From the NCBI GenBank assembly GCA_964453815.1, contig CAYVSQ010000372.1:1-54582 (forward strand): a stretch of 54,582 nt of DNA, read 5' to 3'. Origin of the DNA: an uncultured Acidobacteriaceae bacterium (GTDB lineage Bacteria; Acidobacteriota; Terriglobia; Terriglobales; Acidobacteriaceae). Of the stretch, positions 10,401-18,429 are shown piece after piece; position 1 is the first letter of the stretch, and every line of letters begins with the position of its first letter. The notes beneath the pieces were generated by a model, which did not search any database, was not told where the DNA came from, and saw only the letters and a list, made by a program, of their open reading frames with translations. The translations under genes and the position numbers were made by a program.

Positions 10401-11003
10401 CCGGGAACGTCTCATAAGGTTCGGCTCAGAACAAACCTCGAAATCTACTGGGATTCGATTGAATGGGCACAGGGACAGCCGGAGGCCAACTTGAAGATCA
10501 CCCGGTTAGCCCCATCAATGGCAGATCTGCATTATCGGGGCTACTCGGTCATTCATCAGGCAAACGACTCTTCCCCCGAAATTCCTAACTACAACCATCT
10601 CTCGGGAACGAAGCAGCCGTGGCGCGACCTCGAAGGCTATTACACGAGATATGGTGACGTTCGCGCGTTGCTCCGTGGAGTCGATGACCGTTATGTGATC
10701 ATGAACGCCGGCGATGAGATCTCGTTGCGTTTTCCCGCGCTGCCGGAGCCGCCCGGGGGATGGGTTCGCGATTATGTAATCGCCGGTGATGGCTGGATTA
10801 AGGACGGTGACTATAACTCGACTTACTCGAGGACGGTGCTGCCTCTGCCACATCACGATAGAAAGCAATACGATACGCCGCCCGGCAGACTTGAAGAGGA
10901 GTGGGTATACCGTCACCATCCCGAGGATTGGCAGACCTATCAAACCCGGTACATAACACCGGAAGTTTTTAAAAATGCATTACGCAGTAAGGCGGATAGA
11001 TGA
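7452..11003 (+). CDS. Large lipoprotein: TPR repeats + FG-GAP beta-propeller + ASPIC/UnbV domain + uncharacterised C-terminal domain
   Basis: Lipobox IAVGC; TPR-like helices; repeated DxxxDGxxD motifs (DLNGDGNPD, DLDNNGAID, DLNADGRLD); MHFGLG...ILWPNG ASPIC signature; KGSCPFLF starts the last domain. Confidence 0.85.
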   Translation: MRIHGSNSPEIDHGRQASQLFWSFTCLLASAALIAVGCHSGSKLPDKSSQAYADFVSAFYVGLAALQVGDDVRAEREHARATQIVPGEPAAWSNWGVLALRQRNFDPAEQRLERARALAPKNDAIYYLLGLVESGRGNSVDAIAHFSKAVEINPNNLIATYRLAEEIERQGDVNSDIQFQKLMQRIVDAQPDNVAALLELSRVAAKRGDAAALKQSVARIQAQSKAWPAEVQEQLAALEAAAAGPDPHAAAMRTNFLRNVLMRVPDFRQSLAAIKPPPGDEAQPFTHFLLLESPVFSPAPADVAMTFDVEPPVNSDKTEDQTQWNWIGAISLSGTGPAIVAKANGSMVQLATGAKFPFPGGASKTPPLPEGIVPTDFNYDFKTDLVLAGAGGVRFFRQDKSDTFTDVTEQTKLPASVVNGHYTGGWAVDIEADGDLDIVLGSRDGVPTVLRNNGDNTFTPIHPFTGVSGVREFVWADLNGDGNPDAAFIDGSGKLHVFSNQRSGRFSEMPAPPVLGQVKAITAADASHNGILDLLALQADGAILRLAVNSDGQSWERGEVASVPDAANFLAGDVRLRAADLDNNGAIDLLLGRVTPPADGKSPGALVWLGDDKGTFVATGNAVGPAMVFDAADLNADGRLDLLGLSADGQAMLAANRGTKNYHWQIIRPRAKQATGDQRINSFGVGGEIEIRSGLLVQMQPITGPQMHFGLGQQTGVDVARILWPNGSVRAEFALKADQEVVTEQRLKGSCPFLFAYNGKDMKFVKDAIPWGSAIGLRINSLGTASIGATEEWYKIGHDELAPHDGYYDLRITGELWETYYYDYLTLMAVDHPAGTEIFTDERFAVPAIKPKVIAVATPHKIVRAIDDNGQDVTNIVRDLDNRYLDTFGRGQYQGVTRDHYVEVDLGDAAPVKGPLYLIAKGWLHPSDSSINVAISQGQHEQARALSLEVSDGHGGWVVAEPNLGFPAGRKKICLFDLTNVFRPGTSHKVRLRTNLEIYWDSIEWAQGQPEANLKITRLAPSMADLHYRGYSVIHQANDSSPEIPNYNHLSGTKQPWRDLEGYYTRYGDVRALLRGVDDRYVIMNAGDEISLRFPALPEPPGGWVRDYVIAGDGWIKDGDYNSTYSRTVLPLPHHDRKQYDTPPGRLEEEWVYRHHPEDWQTYQTRYITPEVFKNALRSKADR

Positions 11004-12796
11004 AACGCGGTCCTGTTGCACGAATTTTGCTGAGTATTTTCTTTGTCGCCTTGTTGGCTACTCCTATTGTTGTCCGGCGGGTGTCCGCCGGGCGCGCGTC
11101 GACCAAAATAAAGCTCGACGCGAATGCGGCTCTGGCCCGTCATAGCTTCTATCTGCAGGACGTGTCTCGTACGGCTGGCATAAATTTTGTCCACCAGGCG
11201 CCAACGCTTGATGCAAAGCTCGATGGTATTATGCCGCAGGTCGCGTCTATGGGTGCTTCGGTATCCATTGTGGATTTCGATCGCGACGGTTGGCCGGATA
11301 TCTACGTCACCAATAGCAAGGAGGGCAGTAAAAACGCCCTCTATCGCAACATGCATGACGGCACCTTTAAAGACGTAGCGTCTGAGCTGGGCATCGCCGA
11401 CGTCAACCAACCCGGCACTGGAGTCTCCATGGGGGGCGTATGGGGTGATTACGACAATGATGGCTATGAAGACCTCTATCTCATCAAGTGGGGTCGCCCC
11501 GAGCTTTATCACAACGACCACGGTCATGGATTCACCCGCGTAAGTGAGCAAGCTGGCCTGCCTCCGTGGATCAATGCCAACACCGCCGTCTGGTTCGATT
11601 ATGACGGCGACGGGCTGCTCGATCTGTTTGTCGGCGGCTACTATTCCGAGGACCTCGACCTCTGGCATCTCAACACTACTCGCATCATGCCCGACAGTTT
11701 TGAGTACGCGAAAAACGGCGGTCGCAAATACCTCTTTCACAATCTTGGCAATGGCAAGTTTGAAGAAGTAAGTGCCAAACTAGGGATCAACAGCCGCCGT
11801 TGGGCATTGGCCGCGTCTGCTGCAGACTTGCGTGGCACTGGCCATCCGGACTTGTTCATTGCGAATGACTATGGTGTATCCGAACTTTATCTGAACGATG
11901 GCAAGCAGTTTCGTGAAGCGGGTGAACAAACTGGCGTCGGCTTTGCGCCTAAGAGCGGCATGAATGTAGCCTTCGGCGATATCCTCAATCAGGGCAGATA
12001 TTCGGTGTATGTATCCAACATCTCCGAAGAGGGAGTTTTGATTCAGGGGAATAACCTCTGGGTTCCGAAGGATGGAACGGCGAGCGACGGCCTCAAGTTT
12101 GAAAACCTCGCGCGTGATCTTGGCGTCGAATTGGGAGGGTGGAGCTTCGGTGCACAGTTCGGCGACCTGAACAATGATGGCACGCTCGATCTTTATCTCA
12201 CGAATGGTTATGTTTCACTGGATCGAAACCGCAGTTATTGGTACGACTTCTCTAAAGTATCGGGGGGCAACAGCACCATTATCGGGGATGCGAAGAACTG
12301 GCCGGCGATGGATGGGCGCAGCCTCTCTGGATATCAGCAGAAACATGTGTGGATGAATGATGGAGCTGGAAAGTTCGTCGATGTTGCGCAGGCAGTCGGG
12401 GTAACGGATACGTACGACGGTCGTGCGGTGGCGATGGCGGACTTATGGAATCGCGGCGCGCTGGATGTAGTGGTCGCCAACCAGCGCGGACCGTTGCTGC
12501 TGTATAAGAATACCGTGTCACCGGACAACAAGTGGATCGAGTTTGACCTGGAGGGAACGAAGAGCAACCGTAGCGCTATTGGGGCTGAGGTCACTCTCTT
12601 CTGGAACGGAAAAAAACAGGTACAGGAAGTTTCAGGCGGAAGTGGATTTTCGGCGCAGAATCAACGGCGGCTTCACTTTGGATTAGGTAATTATCCACAG
12701 ATCGAAAAAGCTGTGATTCGCTGGCCATCGGGAACCATCCAGACGATCGACGAGCCTGCGCCGAATCAGCTCCATGAAGTGAAGGAGCCGGAATGA
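11000..12796 (+). CDS. CRTAC1/ASPIC-UnbV family FG-GAP protein
   Basis: N-terminal TM/signal; DFDRDGWPD, DYDNDGYED, DYDGDGLLD and DLNNDGTLD repeats; SNRSAIGA...LHFGLG...IRWPSG. ATGA overlap with the upstream gene. Confidence 0.9.
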   Translation: MKRGPVARILLSIFFVALLATPIVVRRVSAGRASTKIKLDANAALARHSFYLQDVSRTAGINFVHQAPTLDAKLDGIMPQVASMGASVSIVDFDRDGWPDIYVTNSKEGSKNALYRNMHDGTFKDVASELGIADVNQPGTGVSMGGVWGDYDNDGYEDLYLIKWGRPELYHNDHGHGFTRVSEQAGLPPWINANTAVWFDYDGDGLLDLFVGGYYSEDLDLWHLNTTRIMPDSFEYAKNGGRKYLFHNLGNGKFEEVSAKLGINSRRWALAASAADLRGTGHPDLFIANDYGVSELYLNDGKQFREAGEQTGVGFAPKSGMNVAFGDILNQGRYSVYVSNISEEGVLIQGNNLWVPKDGTASDGLKFENLARDLGVELGGWSFGAQFGDLNNDGTLDLYLTNGYVSLDRNRSYWYDFSKVSGGNSTIIGDAKNWPAMDGRSLSGYQQKHVWMNDGAGKFVDVAQAVGVTDTYDGRAVAMADLWNRGALDVVVANQRGPLLLYKNTVSPDNKWIEFDLEGTKSNRSAIGAEVTLFWNGKKQVQEVSGGSGFSAQNQRRLHFGLGNYPQIEKAVIRWPSGTIQTIDEPAPNQLHEVKEPE

Positions 12797-13650
12797 GCCA
12801 GCAAGTAATCGCGCCGCAGACGCCTCCACCCGTTGGCGCGACAACGGGATGGAAGAGCTGGCTTAATCTTGAAAACCGCTTCGTCCCTCCGGTTTTCATC
12901 ACTCTGATCCTACTGGTGGGTCATCTGTCTTTCGGTATGCTCGAGAGCTACCAGAAGACGCTCCTTGCGATCGTTGTTAGTATCTTGGCGGAGTTGGTTC
13001 TGGGCCGTATTTTTCTCGGCAAATGGCCACATCTGGCGAGTGCTTATATTACCGGCATCAGTGTGGGCATTCTAATACGGTCTCCTGCATTCTGGCCGTT
13101 TGCTCTGTGCAGCCTTATCTCTATCACCTCGAAATATGTTCTGCGTGTCAAAGGACGCCATATCTGGAACCCTTCCAATTTCGGTGTCTCCGTTCTCCTT
13201 TTTCTAGCAGGCGACATCGTAGCGAGCCTAAGCATTCAATGGGGAAATTTCCTGCTGCCAATGATCGTCATCTGGGCTTTAGGGTCGGTGATCATCTGGC
13301 GCTTGCGGCGTTTCCATATCACCGGAACCTATGTTGTTTCGTTCCTGTTGTTTGCTTTCCTCAGAGCGTGGATGACAGGAAATCCATGGCAATCGGAAAT
13401 TGCGCCAATTACGGGACCCGAGTATCAGCTCTTTATCTTTTTCATGATCACTGATCCGAAGACCACGGTCCGGGGCAAGATGGGGCAATGCCTTGTCGCG
13501 TTCTCAGTAGCGGCAGTCGAAATGGTGATGCGGTTGAACCAGGTTGTTTACGCCCCGTTCTATGCACTGTTCCTGGTCGGACCGACTGCGCTTCTGATTG
13601 AGATGTGGATACAGTCCCGCCGACAGAGGGCCCTGAGCGCGGTTGCATGA
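12793..13650 (+). CDS. UnbU-like / RnfD-NqrB-related membrane protein
   Basis: About 8-9 TM helices; SKY...HIWNPSNFG and FFMITDPKTT, matching the conserved NP and FMxTDP motifs of RnfD/NqrB/UnbU. ATGA overlap with the upstream gene. Confidence 0.8.
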   Translation: MSQQVIAPQTPPPVGATTGWKSWLNLENRFVPPVFITLILLVGHLSFGMLESYQKTLLAIVVSILAELVLGRIFLGKWPHLASAYITGISVGILIRSPAFWPFALCSLISITSKYVLRVKGRHIWNPSNFGVSVLLFLAGDIVASLSIQWGNFLLPMIVIWALGSVIIWRLRRFHITGTYVVSFLLFAFLRAWMTGNPWQSEIAPITGPEYQLFIFFMITDPKTTVRGKMGQCLVAFSVAAVEMVMRLNQVVYAPFYALFLVGPTALLIEMWIQSRRQRALSAVA

Positions 13651-13696
13651 ACGCAACTACTAGATATGTTGTGCCTGAAAGAAAATCTTGAAAATC

Positions 13697-15517
13697 ATGA
13701 CGCATCGAATTACCTTCATTAGCTTTCTTGTACTTCTCCTCGCGACTGCTGGATGCAAACAGAAATCTTCCGAACCCCACGCTGTTCTTCCGCCATCCGA
13801 AACTCATCCCGCTCCTACCTCAGCACCATTATCCTCGTCACCAGCGCAGGCCGAACCCGTCAATGCCAGACCTTCCGGCCCTATCCAATTCACGGATGTG
13901 ACCGCTCAGGCCGGGATCAAATTCAAACACAACAGCGGAGCATTCGGTAAGAAGTTGCTGCCGGAGACCATGGGCAGCGGCGCATGCTTCATCGACTATG
14001 ACAATGATGGATGGCAGGACATCCTGATCGTCAATTCGATGGATTGGCCTGATCATAAATCTCATAACTCGTACCCTGCGCTCTACCACAACAACCATGA
14101 TGGAACCTTTACGGATGTAACACGCGAGGCCGGACTTGCGGTTGAGATCTATGGGATGGGCTGCGCCGTCGGCGACTTCGACAACGACGGTCTCGATGAT
14201 GTGTATATCACTGCGGTGGGCAGCAATCACCTCTTTCGTAATTTAGGCAACCGCAAATTTGTTGACGTGACAGCCAAGGCTGGCGTGAGCGACTCTGGAT
14301 TCTCAACCAGCGCGATATGGTTCGACTACGACAACGATGGCAAACTAGATCTCTTCGTTTCACATTATGTGGACTGGTCTATTGCGACAGATCAATATTG
14401 TTCGCTCGATAACAAGAGCAAATCCTATTGCACGCCCCAGCTTTACAAAGGCCAGAGCGCCACACTCTTTCATAACAAAGGGAACGGTGTCTTCGAAAAC
14501 GTAACGAAGCACGCTGGTCTTTATGATCCGACGGGCAAATCGTTGGGCATCGCCATGCTCGACTTTGACGACGACGGGTGGATGGATCTTTTTGTCGCAA
14601 ATGACACGCAGCCCAACAAGCTTTACCGCAACAATCACGATGGCACCTTTACCGACATGGCGGTCATCGCAGGCGTGGCCTATGGCGAATCCGGCACGAT
14701 GCGAGCGGGCATGGGAGCCGATGCAGGAGACTTCGATCATTCTGGACGCCAGGGACTGCTCGTCGGCAACTTCACCAACGAGGGGCTGGCGCTCTACCGC
14801 AACGACGGCTCAGGCCTGTTCAGCGATGAATCGATTTCTTCCGGCATTAATGTTGCTTCTCTGAAGTCTCTGACATTCGGTGCCCTCTTCATGGACTACG
14901 ACCTCGACGGTTGGCCAGATATCTTCGCCGCGAACGGTCACGTGGCCGACGATATCAGCGTCCTGCAGCCGACCCTCAGGTACGAGCAGGCGCCGCTCAT
15001 GTTTCGTAACAAGGGCAACGGCAAGTTCGAGGATGTGACTGGGCGGCTGGGTCCTACTCTGCAGGGGGCAGTCGTGGGTCGCGGCGCAGCTTATGGCGAC
15101 TTCGACAACGACGGCGATCTCGATCTGCTGCTCACGACGAACAATGGTCCTGCGCGGTTGCTTCGGAACGACAATGCCAATCAGAACGACATGCTTCGCA
15201 TCAAGACGATCGGCACCCTGTCTAACCGGGATGGCATCGGGGCCAAAATTACATTGAAGACGAACAAGGGTATACGTCAATTTGCCGTGGTGAAGAGCGG
15301 CTCCAGCTATCTCTCCCAGAGTGAGCTGCCAGTTACCTTCGGCCTGGGCAAACCGGAAGAGGGAAAGTCGGTCGGTCTCCAAATACAATGGCCCAGCGGA
15401 AAGAAAGACTCTATACCCAACATCAAGCCGAACCAGTTCATCACGGTACAGGAGGGTAAAGGCATGGTTTCGGCGCAGCCGATCGCGTTTACACCGCCGC
15501 GACCGGCCACTCCATAA
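13697..15517 (+). CDS. CRTAC1/ASPIC-UnbV family FG-GAP lipoprotein
   Basis: Lipobox ATAGC; Pro-rich linker; LPETMGSG; six or more D(Y/F)DxDG repeats; SNRDGIGA, SSYLSQS, FGLG and WPSG. Confidence 0.9.
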   Translation: MTHRITFISFLVLLLATAGCKQKSSEPHAVLPPSETHPAPTSAPLSSSPAQAEPVNARPSGPIQFTDVTAQAGIKFKHNSGAFGKKLLPETMGSGACFIDYDNDGWQDILIVNSMDWPDHKSHNSYPALYHNNHDGTFTDVTREAGLAVEIYGMGCAVGDFDNDGLDDVYITAVGSNHLFRNLGNRKFVDVTAKAGVSDSGFSTSAIWFDYDNDGKLDLFVSHYVDWSIATDQYCSLDNKSKSYCTPQLYKGQSATLFHNKGNGVFENVTKHAGLYDPTGKSLGIAMLDFDDDGWMDLFVANDTQPNKLYRNNHDGTFTDMAVIAGVAYGESGTMRAGMGADAGDFDHSGRQGLLVGNFTNEGLALYRNDGSGLFSDESISSGINVASLKSLTFGALFMDYDLDGWPDIFAANGHVADDISVLQPTLRYEQAPLMFRNKGNGKFEDVTGRLGPTLQGAVVGRGAAYGDFDNDGDLDLLLTTNNGPARLLRNDNANQNDMLRIKTIGTLSNRDGIGAKITLKTNKGIRQFAVVKSGSSYLSQSELPVTFGLGKPEEGKSVGLQIQWPSGKKDSIPNIKPNQFITVQEGKGMVSAQPIAFTPPRPATP

Positions 15518-15771
15518 CAGGCACGGGCCCTCCCCTCGTTTTTGACAAGTCCATGATTCGGCGAGGGTTGCGAACCTTAACCTTGACAAGTGCGTGAACC
15601 TATTTAACTTATTTCACTTGCTTTGATTCTAAAGAGTTTAATTTGAGTCGATTGCCCGAATTTAGATCCTTGCCTCGATCATCACGCACATCATTCATAA
15701 TACTGTAATTATTCAGATATCACAGATTCTAAATTGGTTACGGGAGGCTATCTATCACCTTGCTGATTGAA

Positions 15772-15806
15772 TAAAAAGCCCGACTGTGATGACAGCCGGG
15801 TCTTTT
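15772..15806. terminator. Probable bidirectional intrinsic terminator
   Basis: AAAAAG-CCCG-A-CTGT-GATG-ACAG-C-CGGG-T-CTTTT hairpin with A and T tracts on both sides. Confidence 0.6.
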
Positions 15807-15951
15807 CACCCCAGCTTCATATTGTGTCGGCTGAAGGGGAAATAATCGGCCAACTATTTGGTGAGGAAAAGACACGGGACCATCCCCAGCTAATCGAAGC
15901 CGGAATCTCTTAGGCTGGAACGTACACTCATCGGGCGGACAAGACACCGCC
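15772..15951 (-). ncRNA. Candidate structured small RNA (~180 nt)
   Basis: Several stems ending in the terminator, inside a 500-bp gap with no credible ORF. Family not recognised. Confidence 0.3.
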
Positions 15952-16025
15952 ACTTTTGCACATTTGCATACGTCTTAACAATGGAAGACTGCTCCCAGGA
16001 GCATCCTAGAGTTTGAGGGACTGTC

Positions 16026-16820
16026 ATGACACCGCAAGAAAGCTCGATGCTTGAAGATCTGGTTCGTAAGGTAGAGGAAACAGAGCTGACGGAGAAAGAT
16101 CCCGAAGCTGAACAACTACTCCAAGAGGGCTTGGGCCGCGATCCCGACGCGATTTACAAATTGGCCCAGACGGTTCTGGTGCAGAATCTCGCGTTGAACC
16201 AGGCGCGCACGCAGATCCAGCAGATGCAACAGACTCAACAGCAGGCACAGCCCGCGCGTGCCACGAGCTTTCTCGGTGGCCTGCTTGGCCATCGTGATCC
16301 GGCTCCGCCTGCGCCGCAGCCGCAATACCAGCAAGTGCCTTATCAGCAGGCGCCAGCCTATCAGGCTCCTCCGCAGTATGCGACTGCTCCACCTTATGCT
16401 GCACCGGGTCCCAGTCCTGCCGGAAGCTTCCTGCGCAGCGCCGCTACTACGGCAGCAGGTGTTGCCGCTGGTGCGCTGGCGTTCGAAGGCATCGAATCTC
16501 TCATGCACGGATTCGGTCACGGAGGCGGCGGAAGTTGGGGCGGCGGTTTTGGTTCCGGCGCGCCTCCCGTAGAAGAGACGGTGGTCAACAACTATTACGA
16601 CGACCCGCAGCGAGCTGGCGGCCTTGGCGAACATTCTGAGCACGAGGCTTCATTCAGCGATCGGCCCGAAGGCCATGAGGGCCGCGCGGGCCTGGAGGAC
16701 GCAAGCTACCAGCCTGACACCGATTCGAGCTCATTCGACGACTCGCCAACCGATGACTTCGACAGCAATCTCGGTGGTGACGACTTCGGGGATAACGGAG
16801 ACGACTCGAATTTTGCCTAG
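16026..16820 (+). CDS. DUF2076-like protein
   Basis: MTPQESSML start; PDAIYKLAQTVLVQ; FLRSAATTAAGVAAGAL; Gln/Pro/Gly-rich middle; acidic tail; GAGGGA RBS. Confidence 0.8.
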   Translation: MTPQESSMLEDLVRKVEETELTEKDPEAEQLLQEGLGRDPDAIYKLAQTVLVQNLALNQARTQIQQMQQTQQQAQPARATSFLGGLLGHRDPAPPAPQPQYQQVPYQQAPAYQAPPQYATAPPYAAPGPSPAGSFLRSAATTAAGVAAGALAFEGIESLMHGFGHGGGGSWGGGFGSGAPPVEETVVNNYYDDPQRAGGLGEHSEHEASFSDRPEGHEGRAGLEDASYQPDTDSSSFDDSPTDDFDSNLGGDDFGDNGDDSNFA

Positions 16821-16869
16821 CGATCTTCTGATTTTGGTTGTTTCAGCGAGTCAATAGATTCAGCCTCGC

Positions 16870-18429
16870 TCATTGCAACTGAAAGCCACAGCGCTTCAGG
16901 AGTTCTATTACTTCGCTCTGGCTCGCCTCGACCTTCCGCGCGGAGCTAACCAGGTCTTCAGGATCGACCGGGTACCAGTTGCGGCGATCGGGATTGCCAA
17001 GGCCTGCGACATTGAACGGCTCGATTACCCGGAGAATGTCTTGCGCTAACTCGTCTGATTCCTGCTTTGTGCGAAGGTGTCTTGCGCGCTCGCAAAGCCG
17101 AACACACGCAGGCCCAAAGTGCGGATGGTCGTACAAGAGGAAGGATGGCGCGAGACGGGGTTTCTCTAGTCGCCGCGCTGTCTCTGAAAAGCTGGCGGCT
17201 GAAAAATAAAGCAGCGACAGAGATACAAATACCGGAAAATTACTCATGTTTGCATAAAGACTCGCGATCAGACGCGCTGTGGCGAGCAGTTCGCCCTCTG
17301 TCTGCGCGGCGTACGTCTGAAGTTGCGTTGCGAAGCGCTCGGTGCCCCAGTCCTGTTCGAAGATTTGGGTGAGACGGGCGATGCCGAGCAGAGTGAGCGG
17401 AAATCCGGTGGAGAGCAGCGGATCAACGAAACCTGCTGCTGACGGCAATAAGGCCCACATGTCGCTGGCGATTGAGGCACTACGGAAGCCAAGGCGGGGA
17501 ATGTGCGTGAAGGGGCGCTCGGCCTTTGCCGCTGCGAACTGGGACTGCAGTACTGGAATGCTACCGAGGATTCGATCCCAGGCTTCTGCGCCTTTGGTGA
17601 GCTTTAGTTTTTTGGCAAGCGCATCGGTTGCGGCGATGCCGGCGCTTGTCATTCCGTTATTGAATTGCAGAACCCAGATCCATCCTCCATCGAAGACGTG
17701 ATGGACTGCGGCGTCGTCGACAGGATAAGGCAGCGACTGGCCGTCGGGCATTGGATACAGGTCTTCTATCCGTCGAACACCGAAGAAATGGCTGTAGAGA
17801 GCCTGTGTGGCAGGAAAATCGGGCAGATTCAATTCTTGCAAACTCAATGCACGGTGCAGGAATCCGCGTGGTCCCGAAGCGTCGACGACGAATTGCGCGG
17901 TGATGCTGATATCGCTGCTGTGCCGCGTGCCGTCGAGCTTTATCTCAGTGTCGGACTGAGTCAGGCAGGTCAGCTGGACTTCATCCAGATAATCTATCCC
18001 AAGCTTTTGGGTTTCGCGGGCAAGAAAGAAGTCGAAGTCGGCGCGATACCAGTGCGTATCCGATATTTCATCGTGCGGGCTCGCGGCCACGAGGAGCTGC
18101 TCGCCGCGATCGGGCTGAGAGTATCGCGGCTTGTCCAGATCGTGATGGTAGAAGGTGAAGCCTCGCTTCAACCCGCAGGCGATTTCCGGATGAGTCCTTT
18201 GCCAGGTGCCCCACTTTACTAACGGCCTCACAGAGGGCAGGTCATAGCGAGTGGTCAGCTCTTCGAGAAGCAGGTTGGTGATGGGCGTTGAGGACTCTCC
18301 AATGACGACGCGGGGATGGCGGCCTCTTTCCAGCAGAACAACAGATCTTCCCAAGCGGTGCGCGATCATGGCCAGGAGCGAGCCAGCGAATCCCGAGCCT
18401 ACGATGGCGATGTCGTATCGAGCAGTCAA
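16870..18429 (-). CDS. Flavin-dependent halogenase (tryptophan-halogenase superfamily)
   Basis: GSGFAG Rossmann motif; IGESS; GLKRG (candidate catalytic Lys); GGWIWVL (WxWxI-like); GFVDPLLSTG. The TTG start at 18429 follows GGAGGAG and overlaps the radical SAM stop. Confidence 0.8.
   Translation of the reverse strand: MTARYDIAIVGSGFAGSLLAMIAHRLGRSVVLLERGRHPRVVIGESSTPITNLLLEELTTRYDLPSVRPLVKWGTWQRTHPEIACGLKRGFTFYHHDLDKPRYSQPDRGEQLLVAASPHDEISDTHWYRADFDFFLARETQKLGIDYLDEVQLTCLTQSDTEIKLDGTRHSSDISITAQFVVDASGPRGFLHRALSLQELNLPDFPATQALYSHFFGVRRIEDLYPMPDGQSLPYPVDDAAVHHVFDGGWIWVLQFNNGMTSAGIAATDALAKKLKLTKGAEAWDRILGSIPVLQSQFAAAKAERPFTHIPRLGFRSASIASDMWALLPSAAGFVDPLLSTGFPLTLLGIARLTQIFEQDWGTERFATQLQTYAAQTEGELLATARLIASLYANMSNFPVFVSLSLLYFSAASFSETARRLEKPRLAPSFLLYDHPHFGPACVRLCERARHLRTKQESDELAQDILRVIEPFNVAGLGNPDRRNWYPVDPEDLVSSARKVEASQSEVIELLKRCGFQLQ

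Noticed and set aside
7452-15517. Enediyne biosynthetic gene cluster
   Set aside because: No iterative PKS, thioesterase or UnbL-like gene in the window.
15738-15953. 71-aa minus-strand ORF
   Set aside because: No RBS or recognisable motif, and it runs through a terminator hairpin.
16200-16820. Gln/Pro/Gly/Asp repeats as a repeat array
   Set aside because: Low-complexity coding sequence expected in this protein type; no regular repeat-spacer structure.
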